A DNA stretch of 62,510 nt, the filler included, from Sphacelaria rigidula (taxonomy: Eukaryota), in assembly GCA_964200075.2 (NCBI GenBank). It is 10 parts of 10 records of this genome, joined end to end, with 100 filler letters (N's around TTAATTAATTAA, not from the genome) between each part and the next. Parts side by side here need not be neighbours in the genome. Positions count along the whole stretch, not along the records: positions 12,523 to 18,683 come from CAXNAA020021850.1; positions 18,784 to 24,944 come from CAXNAA020021851.1; positions 25,045 to 31,205 come from CAXNAA020021852.1; 7 more parts are not named here. The stretch is one strand, 5' to 3'. This document shows, piece after piece, positions 12,891-25,137 of this stretch. Each line of letters opens with the position of its first letter. Within the stretch, counting starts at the first letter, position 1. A program made the translations under genes and the position numbers. The notes under the pieces are model-generated. The model was not told the origin of the DNA, did not search any database, and was given only the letters and a program-made list of their open reading frames with translations.

Positions 12891-14149
12891 ACGCTCTACA
12901 AATGGTGTATGCATGCTCAACAAACGATCTGCAGAAACCAAAAAACCAAAAATCATTCATTGGTCCGCATTTGCCCGTAACATGAGAAATGTACCGTTTT
13001 TGTTGGACAAGATACATCGATCATACGACGATACACAGCAGACTGTAATGCAGTACAGTCTACAAGCAGTGATCAGCCTGGAGTACAGTATACAGAAAAT
13101 AGTTGAGAATGACAAATGCTACGTGAAATCATTCATAACACTTCGTAATTCCGTTTCTGTTTGCAGTCTGCGCGCTCAACGTGTTTGGTCAGCGTCCAAT
13201 TTCCGACAACACAAAAACAACCGCATCTCATATCACCAGCCAATGTAAGTTTGCCCTCCTGTACTGTACATCGCGGTCAGTTGAAGTCACGACTTTTAAT
13301 CCATGCAGTTTGGAACACAAGTAGCTGTGCACACAAGGCAACATGTCTGTATAACGCAACATCTCTCGTCGAAGTCATCTCGAGTCAAAAATGGAAGTTC
13401 AACTACCGTAGATGACGGAATATAACACCCCCTTCTACAGTCAAGGGGACCATATCATTCTGCAGTGGAGAAGGGAAAAACCAAAGTCTCAAACAGATGA
13501 GAATCAAAGTAGGGCACACATATAACACTCCAAAATCACACTTGCGCTCCGTCTCATTACAGAGCGATCAGGGCGTGATGCTGAATGGAAAAGCAAACCA
13601 ACACGAAACATCAACCGGCCGACATGTCAACTACGCAATGACGGTAGATGACGGAATATAACACGCCTACACGACGAAATATGAAATCACATCCATACCC
13701 TCGGGGTATACATGTATGAAAGATACTGCATAGATGGGCAGGGCATAACAGTGATCCAACAGGGGATAAAAGGGACGGGCAAAATATTGCCGACAAAAAA
13801 AACAATCTGACTGTGATCCTGCAAAATGAATCTTCATCTCCACCTAGTATGGCGTTGTATAACACCCCCACTTCAATAGGAGCGAGGACATACTACACTC
13901 TACAAAGCAATGAAATACACAAACCAACTCGCAAACTAGAATAGAATGACGACCTATCGATAACAAAATATTCTTGAAGTCATCCTACTCTTCAATCCTG
14001 GTGGTTCTATAAAAAATTCGATGTTAAATCGAAGGAAAAATTAAAAGGAAAAACGTGCCTTCTTGAGCACTGCCGCTCGTGTTGAAGTAGGAGCTTGGAC
14101 AGCTGATGACGTTGATGGCGTTGACGTCCCGGAAGTGGCTTGTTCATTG

Positions 14150-14480
14150 GCGTTCGGATGCTAGAGTGGGTGACGCGCGTGCCGAGGGAATACTACCGCT
14201 GCCGGTCTTGGGTACCTCTTACTGCTGCTCCGGTTAGCTCAAATATACAAAATGAAGATGAATTTATGCCTTCTGGGATATAAGCTGAGAAGCTCTGATG
14301 TTGTTGTCCTTGATAAAGCTGAGAAGCTCTGATGTTGTTGTCCTTGATAAAGCTGAGAAGCTCTGATGCTGTGTCCTTGATAAAGCTGCTCACTGGCGTT
14401 TGGATGCTAGAGTTGGTGACGCGCGTGCCGAGGGGTGTTTCCGCTGCCGGTCTTGGGTACCTTTCTGCTCCAGTTAGCTC
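14150..14480. repeat. Local direct repeats: two ~70-bp copies (~14155, ~14400) flanking three ~31-34-bp tandem units
   Basis: GATGCTAGAGT.GGTGACGCGCGTGCCGAGGG occurs twice; GATAAAGCTGAGAAGCTCTGATG is repeated three times. Confidence 0.8.
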
Positions 14481-15087
14481 TTGTGGCGCTGTGATGCTGT
14501 CCGTTGATGATGTTGTCCTTCTTGTTGTCTGCGGCGTATGCGCGTTTCGATGCCTCGTTGTAAAATCCTTTGAAATCTCCTTTTTCGGCTGCGTAGCCTG
14601 ATTTAAGCCCACTACGTGTAAATCCCTACCAGTCGGTACATGAGCCTTGACCCAGGTTTATGCTAGCATAATAGAAAGCCTCATGCACCGGGTGCGTTGC
14701 CGGGGAAGTTGTAGACCTGCCGTGGCCAGTTGAGACCAGATATCATTTATATAACTAATGTACCCATATTTGCCCACTCTCACATAACACACACCTGCTG
14801 AAAACACCACCGAATCAGAACCAACACATAACACCACACACACACACACGAACACACACCGAATCCACTGAAAGAAGTGGGGTACTAATACCTGGGAAAA
14901 ACGCTCACACGAAATGACATGTCATAATCCCAGATTTTCGGCACGCGAAAAGGCGTGTGCCGCCCCAGCAGATATGCACTGCAACCACTACATAGGGTAT
15001 ACCTTAAATAATAACAGAATGATCTCTTACTCGTATTTTCCCTGCACGTCATGATTCAATCCCCATATCTATTTCCTTTGTATCCAG

Positions 15088-17385
15088 GCAGATCCTGGAG
15101 CGTAAGTATGATCGATTACTGCCACTTGGGCTTTCCGCACCCCTTCTGGCGATACGGTGCTCTCGTAGTGGGTGCCGGTGCGGAAGAAGGAAAGTTCTCA
15201 CTGACTTTGGAGTACTCCGAGGAGGACAAGACCCTGAAAACGCAGGTGAACGGACGATGTAGCGAGGTCCATGCGTGGGCGACTCTGTCGAAAGTGCTCT
15301 CCGTGACGATCAAGATGCTCTCGGAGTTCCCAGCTAGAGTTTCTCTGGCCTCAGCCCGAGGGCAAGAGCATGCGCGTCTTGAAGGCCAATGTAAGCGCCC
15401 CATTCCGCTGCGTCAAAGGGTTTGGATTCGTTGGATGGTCCTTTAAGTAGTCCCATTCTTAAAGCACATCACACAGTTCAACAACGCTTAATGCTGACTA
15501 TACAGCACGGTCGCTGTGGCAACGTGTCATGGAATGGAAGAGATTGGTTTGTTCACGTTATGGACCAGTGGTTTTGAGGGCTACAGAACACCAAGTATCG
15601 CCATACAAGCCACGCACTTCATTTTCACACGCCCGCGCGCGATCTCTTTTTTGGCAGCCACGGCCTGGATCCCGTCTGGTCGAGGAGGGCAATTTTTCTC
15701 CCGTCTGTCGGGACCGCACGGCGGGCACCGACCTTCTGGGAGTTGCTCTACAGGTGATGGAGGGAGTACTCAGACACGGAGTTCTCCGATGCACAGCTCC
15801 GTAAGCAGTTTGCCGATAATGCCAAGAGGATGGCTCGTCAGGGTCGTGCGCTCTGGCCGGCACCGGTGACGGAGGTGGGTTCTTTTACCACGACTGCTTC
15901 CATGTACAAGCCATGTGCAGGACAGAAATGCGATATTCCCATGAACACAGCCTTTGTCTTCACCATCATATGGTTCGACCTACATGCTTGAAAATGGAAG
16001 ACTGATCACGAAACCATACTTTTTTTTGCACAGGTTCCGGCACCCAACCACGCCAGTCCAGGCCACCAGGTTCGTTCAACATTATCGGTACAAGTAGTTG
16101 TCAAGTTGCGATCTGCTTGTGACAGAAATGCGCGACAAAACGACTGATATGGTCTAAATTTCCATGTTTCTCCATCCAAGCCGCGTTGGTGTCTAGCGTA
16201 CTATCCCATGGTTTCCCTAATCAATCGGTTTCTCCTGCAAGATGTACAAGCCATGTGCAGCCCAAAAAACCGTATTCCCATGAACATCGACCTTGTGTCT
16301 ACACCATCATATGGCTCGCTCGTCCTACATGTTTGAAAATGGAAGACTGATCACGAAACCAAACTGATTTTTGCACAGGTTCGGGCACCCAACCACGCCA
16401 GTCCAGGCCACCAGGTACGTTCAACGTTGTCACACCGCATACGGTACAAGCAGTTGTCAAGTTGTGATCTGCTGCTGGCAGAAATGTGCGACAAAACGAC
16501 CGATATGGTCCAAATTTCCATATTTCTCCGTCCAAGCTGCGTTGGTGTACAGCGTACTATCCTATGCTTTCAATATTCAATCGGCTTCGCCCGCAAGACG
16601 TACAAGCCATGTGCAGCCCAAAATGCCGTGTTCCCATGAACACCAGCCTTTGTCCAAACCATCATATGGCTCGACCTACATGCTTAAAAATGTAGACCTG
16701 ATCACGAAACCATACTGTTTTTTGCACAGATTTCTACTGTTCCGGCACCCAACCGCGTCAGTCCAGGCCGCAAAGTACGTTCAACGTTGTCACACCGCAT
16801 ACGGTACAAGCACTTTTCAAGTTGCGATCTGCTTCCGGCAGAAATGCGCCACAAAACGACCGATATGGTCCAAATTTCGAAATTTTTCCATCCAAGATGC
16901 GTTGTTGTATTAGCGTACATCCCATGGTTTCCATATTATCGCAGCTTCGCCCGCAAGTTTTCTCGTTGAATCCCGACACGGTGTGTTGTCTCTCGGTCTA
17001 CTCTCCCAACCGATATAAATGTATTGTACTTCGTAGGTCGAGTCGGTTGACGTTCCTGTCGAAAACACGTTGAAAATATGGCGACAATCAACGTCCGTTA
17101 TGTCACAAACTGGCATTGTTTTACCAACACGACTCGCAGACGCCACTGAACCGGGACCTGAAGGCTTGGGTAGCCGCAGCCACTTTGGCCTGCTTCGCCA
17201 TCTTTGGGGTGTTCGCTGGGAAGGACGATGACGACTCTCGTCTTTGGGGGGTGTTTCTGGGCCTTGGCATCTTGCTCTCGGGGGCGGAGTTTGTTTTTAT
17301 TGCCAAACATTACGAGATCTTGTGCTTCAAACGAAAAGAGGGGGGGGGCGCTGGAAACGAACACGGGGGTGAGGAGAGCGCTTGA
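15088..17385 (+). pseudogene. 3' part of a probable ROCO-family gene (COR domain + two C-terminal TM helices); exons ~15088-15390, 15658-15874, 17140-17385; frameshifted
   Basis: ILER/MIDYCHLGFPHPFWRYGALVVG...AWATLSKVLSVTIKMLSEFP is COR-like. Junctions are phase-0 compatible (AAT|gtaagc..cag|CCA, GAG|gtgggt..cag|ACG). The last exon has two hydrophobic segments. Frame changes are needed inside exons 1 and 2. Confidence 0.6.
15900..16958. repeat. Tandem repeat, three units of ~340-356 bp, inside the last ROCO-like intron
   Basis: TACAAGCCATGTGCAG at ~15905, ~16245 and ~16601 with colinear downstream sequence. Confidence 0.92.
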
Positions 17386-19109
17386 AATGAACAAGGGAGT
17401 GAGGCTAGTGCGTAGACCCCGTGCTCCCTTGAACTGGTACTGTAGTAAGCGAGGTGTCGGCAGTTCAGGGATTTCGAGTAGCCCTTTGCTCCTGAGGTTA
17501 CAGCAATAATAGCTCTTTCGCCGTTGTGGAAGGGTTGGAGGTTTGCAGCGTTTGGTATGGCTACTCAAGATCATTTTGTCAGATATCAAGCGGTAGAGAA
17601 AAAGGGATTTCAGCACTCGCAACGTAGGAAGAAGTATGCATACTCCGTCGCATAGTAGTCCCCGAATCCAACCAACCGGAAAATAGGTGGGCACGTCATT
17701 TTGGCAGGAAAAGGAGAGAGTTTGCGCCGTGCACCACCAGAATACCTTGTGGAGATAAGAGGGAGAAGGGGGGGTGCATTGCCTAGATTTCTTCTTAACA
17801 CGCACAGCATAGGGTTGTCGCATGTTTGACCCGTTGAGCGTACCGTATTTCGGTAGTTTCGTTTGTGTCAAGGAAGCAGCTGTCCATCCGAAAACTGGGT
17901 GGCGCAATCACGGACGAATTTGTAGCAGGGCTGGAGATGACGAATTTGAGAGAGGGTAAGGTTGAGTGCATAGGAAACGCACCTTCATTTTGGGAAGGGA
18001 TTTGGCGAGTTGGGACGCCAAGGTAGAGAAGAGGAATGAGTCTGCGTCGTGCGTGCTGCGCCCGACAGGGTCGTCTCTCAACACGCGACCATGTCTCGTT
18101 TCTGTGTGGTATGTATGGAGTACACCCAACCGTAGGTTCGATGATATATGGCTTTAGATGTCATATCAAAGAAAGGAAGGGTAGCTGTCATGGCCAGGGA
18201 GGTAAACACAGTGCATCTTGTATCTTGTATCAGTATGCGTGTCTGCTGGAATCGCACTTGATCTTTGAGTCACCCAACCACGTCTTTTTGCACGCCTGAG
18301 GAGTAATTTACGATTCAAGTGCAGTTTAAACGACGCCCCCTTAGATGTATATGGGGCGGGGGGGGCAATCGTTACAGATGGCGCCACCACTTGAAAACCT
18401 ATTTTGCGCCGTCGAGGCTTATTGGCCGCCCAAACCCCAGCACGTGTGCTAATTTGCCAAGTGCTTATTTCGGCCAGAGATATGTTAGGTTTGGTTTCTG
18501 TTGTGGTTAAAAAAATCGGCTACAAGAAACAGGTACTCTAATCGTGAATGAAGCCCACGAAAGCGACGCCCACGAGCTCGCGGCGGTACCTCCGCACGTG
18601 CCAGTCATCGGTAAGGGCTGAATCTTGTACTCAGCGCGCGGGTCTGTATGAAATAGAGGTCGTGGACCTGTGTTGTTGTTCTTNNNNNNNNNNNNNNNNN
18701 NNNNNNNNNNNNNNNNNNNNNNNNNNNTTAATTAATTAANNNNNNNNNNNNNNNNNNNNNNNNNNNNNNNNNNNNNNNNNNNNGCCCTATGGCCGAAAAT
18801 TTGTCTCAGCCAATCAGCGCCCTTCAAACTGTTCCGAAATTTAGATTACGAATACCAAGCCCAATTTTCACTCAATCTCTACATGCTTCAAATGATAGTC
18901 ACTGTCATCGATATGGGGATCTAACGAGAAAATCATATATTTAAAACGGTTACTATGGGGGTCGAATTATACCCGAAATCGTGATGTTTCGGTGATGTCG
19001 GGTGTTGGCGTCGTCTAATTTCCACAAATGATACGCACGAAAGACCCAGGGAGCCTCGTGACGGCACTAAAATCAAGCAGTTTGCGGTTTTCCCGCGGTA
19101 CGGCAAACT

Positions 19110-19390
19110 TCATCGCCCAAAGGCCAAAAACCTCGCGCCGTTTCAAGGAGTTATACCCTGAAATTTTGCACAACTGTGCTTTGAAACATTACGCAACTTT
19201 GGAGGAACTTTTTTTTTATCGTTTAGCGGGGTCCGATTGGGTCGAGGTTGCCCCCGAAAAACGGTGAAGAAAGTCGAAAAAAAAAATCCTTCAAAGTTGC
19301 GTAGTGACCCAAAGAACATTGTGCAAAATTTCAGGGTCTAACTCCTTAAAACAGCGTGAGGTTTTGCCGATGAGTGTTTTTTGGGTGATA
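19110..19390. mobile_element. MITE-like hairpin (~80-bp inverted arms)
   Basis: 19127-19206 (CCTCGCGCCGTTTCAAGGAGTTATACCCTGAAATTTTGCACAA...) is the reverse complement of ~19286-19365. Confidence 0.7.
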
Positions 19391-19633
19391 AGCGTGAACC
19401 AGCCTGTAGGTGATCCAGACAGACTACCCGCACCGCGTTCCAAGGGTTAACTCGATTTTTTTAGTACGAAGTCAAATTTTTGCAACAGCAGTGAGTGGTC
19501 TACTCTCACATCGTTTTTCGAGCGTTTCAAAATAGTCGTGATCGCCAGTTACTCGGTTGAATTGTCTTTGAAAATGAGAATATGCTCGCCGCGCGACGGG
19601 AATATGATTGAAGCGTGAGAGTTCGTGCGCGCG

Positions 19634-19991
19634 CGTGTGTGTGTTGTGATACCATCTATTGTGGACGCCAGTCTACACTTTTCGGTAAATGTGGGCGCAT
19701 CGGGCGGGGGTCACACAGGAAGAAGGCTAACACGGGAGTTTTTTTTGTTCTAGTATTCCACCTTCCTTTTGCGGGGCTTGGCTTATTTTTTATCGCGAGA
19801 GGGGTCCAGCTGTCCCTTTCCCTCGTCGACCGTAAAGACGAAGTTTGTATATCCATGACATAGTCGCTCTCCGCTGTTGGGCTTCGCGGAGAAATAAATC
19901 CCAGATCGTGTGACTTCACCGAGGTTCGAACGCGCGACCCAACCGTCAAGAGGATTCAAGGTCACCAACTCAGCCACAACGGCGACCGGCC
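19634..19991 (-). mobile_element. SINE family 1 copy
   Basis: Same body; head GGCCGGTCGCCGTTGTGGCTGAGTTGG ... GTTCGAACCTCGG. Confidence 0.85.
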
Positions 19992-20434
19992 GTTTGTACT
20001 GTGTATGTATATGTCGTTGAACAGCTACATGTAACCACCTGGTCTCCCATTTCTCCGGTGTTCATACTCTGCCCAGTACAGCACTGTGCAGATACCGGAA
20101 CGACTTTTGTAATGTGAAGACAACAACAACAACGTACTCTGGAATTGTCTTGGTATGTGTAGTACCCATATCACAGCACCGCTTGAAAATAAAACGACAA
20201 GCATGACATGCTACTGGGTAATAACCACCGATAGGAGAGCCCTAATATTGACTGGCAGAAGGGATCTTCAGTTCATTCTTCATCTCCAAAAGATGCCACT
20301 TATGCCGGATAGTTTTGATGTTCACCAGCAGAAGTGATATTTACATTATCCTCGGTGTCTAAAGATGCGACGCATGCTGTAGAGCGGGGTGACTCACAGG
20401 GAGCTGTATCCATCCTTTCCGTTTTTTTGTGAAG

Positions 20435-23400
20435 CGGGAACGTCACGCGTATCCCGATGTAACATTTCTACCGACCCCCGACGTCGGCCCGATGTACCCG
20501 TTTGCGCGCTCACTCGTTGGCCAGGAACAGACCGAGATGTTCCGCGGGCCTAGTTCGGCCGAGGGGCCGAAAGTGGATGTGATGGGGGAGTGTTGGAAGG
20601 CCCAGGAAGCCCTTGCAACGGCCCAAAACATCGCGGAAGAGAAGCGTCGGGTGTCGATGGTGAGGTTATTTTTTTGTATTTTTCGTGGATCGGTATTAGA
20701 ATTGTCGCAGTATGTTACTGGGTTGGATGGTTGGGGATGTTATTTTTTTCTGCTGCTTTTGAGGTTTTCGGAGCAAGTGGAGTTTTTGTTTTTGTTTTTC
20801 AACAGAGAGGGGAAGATGGTATGGTTTGTTCAGATCTGAGATCAATCCTCTCGTGTGCTTTATAGTGGTGGTATGCGGTAGGGAGAGAGTCGTTCGTTTT
20901 TCGTGAGGGGTATTGGAGGGAAGGATCAAATATCGCTTGCTTGCGTCCCTGGTCGTGGCGGCTGGAGGTACAAGTTATTTTTCAACACGTGGCGTCGCGT
21001 AAAACCCCTCTTTCAGGGAGGACCGAGGCCTGCTGGCCGACGGTCGCCCTCGCCACCCGAGTCATGGGAAGTTTGAGAGCTATGTGGTTAAAAGGCACTC
21101 GGGCTTAATGGCCAATATATTGAAATTTGAATCAAGAAAAATTCTCAGCGCCCAAGAGATTATGGAAGGGTGACTTCGCTTCGGGAGGACAGCAGGTCGA
21201 AGTTGGACGACCCTTGCAAATAGCAGATTGTACGACGCTCGGTGTTCAACATTGCCCGCAATTCGGAGCTATCCTTGCGTAGACCACGAGAAGCCACAAG
21301 CGCATTCTTGCCGTGCAATTCGCCTCTTCCATTACGTGAATGGTTACGAAATGTCCCTCCTCTTAACGAGATGTCTCGTCTTGTCCGGGTCGTCTCGTCT
21401 CGCACCATTTCACTCACAGGCGGAGTTGGGGGATATGTCGGGCGTGACCGGCACCAGATATCAAGAGTCAGCGCTGAATATTGTAGAATGGAGCAAAGAG
21501 GTGACAGGTACAGTAACTTCGGCCACTGCAGCCCTCACAGCTGCCGTTGAAAAGTTTCCGAGTTCAATGGTCGCGGTCAAGGGCGAGGAAAGGGATCTAG
21601 CCGTCAGTGCGAGCGCTGGCGTCACTACCGTCGGTGAATCTCGGAGCAGCAGTCGAATTGGATCGAGAACACACGAGCGCGGCACGCTCTCTCGGAGTCC
21701 GGCCGAGGCGCAGCAGCAGATGGACTGGAGGCATGTTTCCCACGCGCGAGCCGAGTGTGTGTCGGCGAAGCGGTCAGCGCGAGCGACCGTCGCCTTGGGC
21801 GGCGGTGGTAGCGGTGTTGGCGGAATGGGACATTCGGGGTCCGTTCGCCGGTGTAACAGCGAGATGATGTTTCGGTCCTTACAGCCAAGCCAAGCCAAGC
21901 AGCAAGCCAAGCCACGGCTGAGTTTCTCTTCCGTCGCCGATTCTGTTACCAGGTCCGCTTCTGGGCTGCAACATGGGCAAAAAAGCACACCAACAGGTGA
22001 GGGCGTCCCACCAGTGCCTCCTCCGCCGGCAGTGGCGTCAACGGCGTCACTTGAGCGCACGCATCCGAAGTTACTCATCCCACCCCCTGCGCCTACTTTG
22101 CGTCCTGTGGGTTGGGTGGCACCTGAGTCTTCAGCGCGTGCTCAACCCGTCTCGACACGTGATTCCGCAAGCGGCAACAGATCGATCTTTGCGTGTGCCG
22201 CGTCGGCTGGATCGGCTGGATCGGTGAAAGTGGCCGCCAAACCCACCCTGGGCCTGACGCGTGTAGCCGAGGGAGGCAGAGTGTGGCGACAGTCGATGGC
22301 AGCGGCCGCGGAGGAGAGACGGGCCAAGTCCCGTGCTGCAGCGGCGACGGCGGCCGCGGCAGCCCTGCCGTCATCGGCAGCATACGCAAATCCTACAGAC
22401 TTTCTACCGGACGGAAACCCCACACAGCAAGGAGGAAACGGAAACAGAAAGCTGTCGCCCGAAGAACAACAGCAACGGCATGCCGCAAACGCGAGGGCGA
22501 ACCACTGGCACTTGGAGTCGCAGCACGCCCGAGCATCTCCCGCCGTACGCCGGCAATGGATCGACGTCAGGGCCAACGGTAGTAGGCGAGAATTCGCTTC
22601 AGCTGCGAGCGCGCCGACGTACAACCGTACCGCACGACCCGCAACAGCGGCGGCCGCTGGGTATACGAAACAGGTAACAGGCGGAGACGCAGATAGTGGG
22701 GCGGGAGTTGCCCGATCGAGCCGTAGACAGTGTCGAACGGTGTGGCCTACCGAAGAGGCAACAAGCGAGCACCAGGCCGCCTCCGACGCTAGTGCCCACA
22801 ACCCTGCGAGCTCTGCGCCCCCAGAGGAAGTGCCACGCCCAGCTGTGTCCGACGCAGCAATTGCCGCGCTTCTCAGCGTGGAGACTTCACCTGTTCGGCC
22901 CGCGAGGGGTGGGGTGGCAGCGCTTGTCGGACGTGGGAGCAGTGCAGATGTGATGCCGCGGAGGTGGCAGCCTGACATCACGCGGGGTATACGATTAGAC
23001 CCCGTACCACTACCGGAGCAGGGTGATTGGAGGGAAGCTGGTGGGCAAGTAGAGGTCGTTGGAGGTGGTGGTGCCAGTGGCGGTGCCCGAGCTAGAACTG
23101 TAGGAGACAGGTGGACGCTTCCAGACTATGACGAGGACGAGGTGTGTAGGTCGACGATTGGGGTAGGAGTTGGGCACAGAAGCCGATGTCAACATCGTGT
23201 TTGTTGGCTAGAAACTAGTTTGCGTTCTGACTTTTTTTGTGTACACTGGAAAACTCTTGAACTGTTTCGCGGCATCGACGTCTGCAGCCGATGCGAATAC
23301 GTTGGGGTAAGTTGTGTTGGTTTCTTACAGCGCGATTCAAGATGGATTCATTATGTATATCTGTTTCCTAGCGAACGGGTTCGGACGCCTGGCTGTTGGC

Positions 23401-24092
23401 TTAGCCCTGCTTGTTTCAGGAGACGAAAAGCCGCTGGCGGCAGTAGTTTAATCCTGTCCATGCATTCAACGCGCGCACACGAGAGCTTCCAATCCCCCGT
23501 GAGCATCAAGCAGCACCGCTATTGGTGGAATACAACCATGGGAATAACCCCTGAAACGACTCTCAATTTCGGCGGACGAAAACGCCTCTCACTTTTCATG
23601 TGTTTTACTAATCACGCCATATCGGGTCATCGCGACGAACGACAGGCTGCCGCATTAAGACTGGCTAAGCGAGAGCAAGAGGTTCAGGCACGCGAAGACG
23701 CACAACTGGCGCTGCGTCTCACGGTGCTCGAAGAGGCGAGCCAGGAACGCCGCGCGGAAGCGGCCAGGCGCCGAGCGGCACGCCGTCACGAGCGCGCGGT
23801 TCAAAGGTACGCCCAAACCGTCACCTCGGGTCCCGCCGCCTTTTACGCCGCGGAAGATTCGGCGATGTCCGCTGCGGTGCGGGCGCTACAGTTCCAGGAG
23901 ATCGATGAGAACGACTTCGAGACTCTTTTGGAGTTGGATGCAAGCGGGGGTACGGGCGGTCGGCAGTGTAGCGGTGAGCGCGGTGTGAGCGAGGAGGCGT
24001 TGGTGGCTGCGCTGCAGCCGGCTACGGCTTCGGGGGATAGGCTGAACGAGACCTGTGCTATCTGCATGGCGGACTATGAGCTTGGTGAAGAG
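20435..24092 (+). CDS. Partial spliced gene for a low-complexity protein with C-terminal RING-H2 finger (probable E3 ubiquitin ligase); exons 20435-20659, 21420-23141, 23646-24092
   Basis: All three exons are multiples of 3 with phase-0 AG/GT borders. DFETLLELD...GVSEE...CAICMADYELGEE|gt is the typical run-in to a RING-H2. The second half of the RING was not found in the contig. Confidence 0.8.
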
Positions 24093-25137
24093 GTGTGTGT
24101 TTGTTTTTGTCATTTTGTCTTTTCTTATCTGGGTTGATTTTTTTTCGCGGGAAGGTTTTGCTGTCGGGTTCTTGTGTATTTTCGGGTGGCGCTGGTGGCC
24201 AAGACGGGCAACGCAGCGGGGTGTATTAAACGCTCTCCAGTTTGAGAGCGGTGTACGTGCGCTGTGCTCTCTCTCTCTTGTTGTATTTGGTTGATGTGAT
24301 GACACCCTCGAACGGGAACTGCGTTGGTTGATTGAGTTTGTTGGGCTTTCGTGTCTGTCGAGGCAAGTTAGTTCCCCGTGCCATCAAAAAAACTTCAGAA
24401 GCATTTAGTGCAGTATACCGGTATGTGGTGACGGCAGCCTGGGGCACATTCTTCGTCCCGCGCATGTTGTGATTGCGCTCCCGTATGTGTTGCCTGAAAA
24501 ACACCGCTCGCGGTACACTCTGCGCTGTGTTCATTTCGGCGCTGTGTTTGTGAAGAAGATTTGAATCACAATCTATGTTGGTGCGGCGGATGGAGACAGC
24601 CGCTTGTGTAGTTTTTCCTGATGATTTTACGGCGGGTGATTTATCTTCTTTTTTTTCTTCTTTTTTTCCTCGAAGGAAGTAGGATACCTCATCTAACGCT
24701 TTCGCCGCAAGCGGGTTTGTGTACCGATTCCCCGGAGGCTCGGCTAGACCGCCTTGCGCCTGTCATGTGGGATAGGCGCCTTGATCTTGTTGGGAGATTT
24801 ACCGAGGTGAATCTCTTGGGTATATAGTCGGAGGGTTCTTCACGCTGACACTTTCTACGATAACCCCCCCCCTCCCCCCCCAAAAAACACCCAAAAGTGT
24901 CACGAAAAAAGTGGCCACACAGCGCCTGATGTTCGGGTTCAGGCNNNNNNNNNNNNNNNNNNNNNNNNNNNNNNNNNNNNNNNNNNNNTTAATTAATTAA
25001 NNNNNNNNNNNNNNNNNNNNNNNNNNNNNNNNNNNNNNNNNNNNGAGGTCAATGGTCTGATGACTATGGCAAGCATGATCATGAGTACACCCCCCCCCAC
25101 CCATGGAAAATTCCAGACGTCACGATCCGTCACGTAC

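Noticed and set aside
17098..17907. 269-aa minus-strand ORF
   Set aside because: Non-ATG start, no recognisable motif, and overlaps a better-supported plus-strand terminal exon.
21461..22981. Long minus-strand ORFs (205 and 279 aa), and similar ones opposite Gypsy and the PUS-like gene
   Set aside because: Antisense shadows of GC-rich coding sequence.
21228..24137. 969-aa ORF as a single-exon protein
   Set aside because: Non-ATG start, internal splice signals, and the RING is cut at a GT donor; better modelled as spliced exons.
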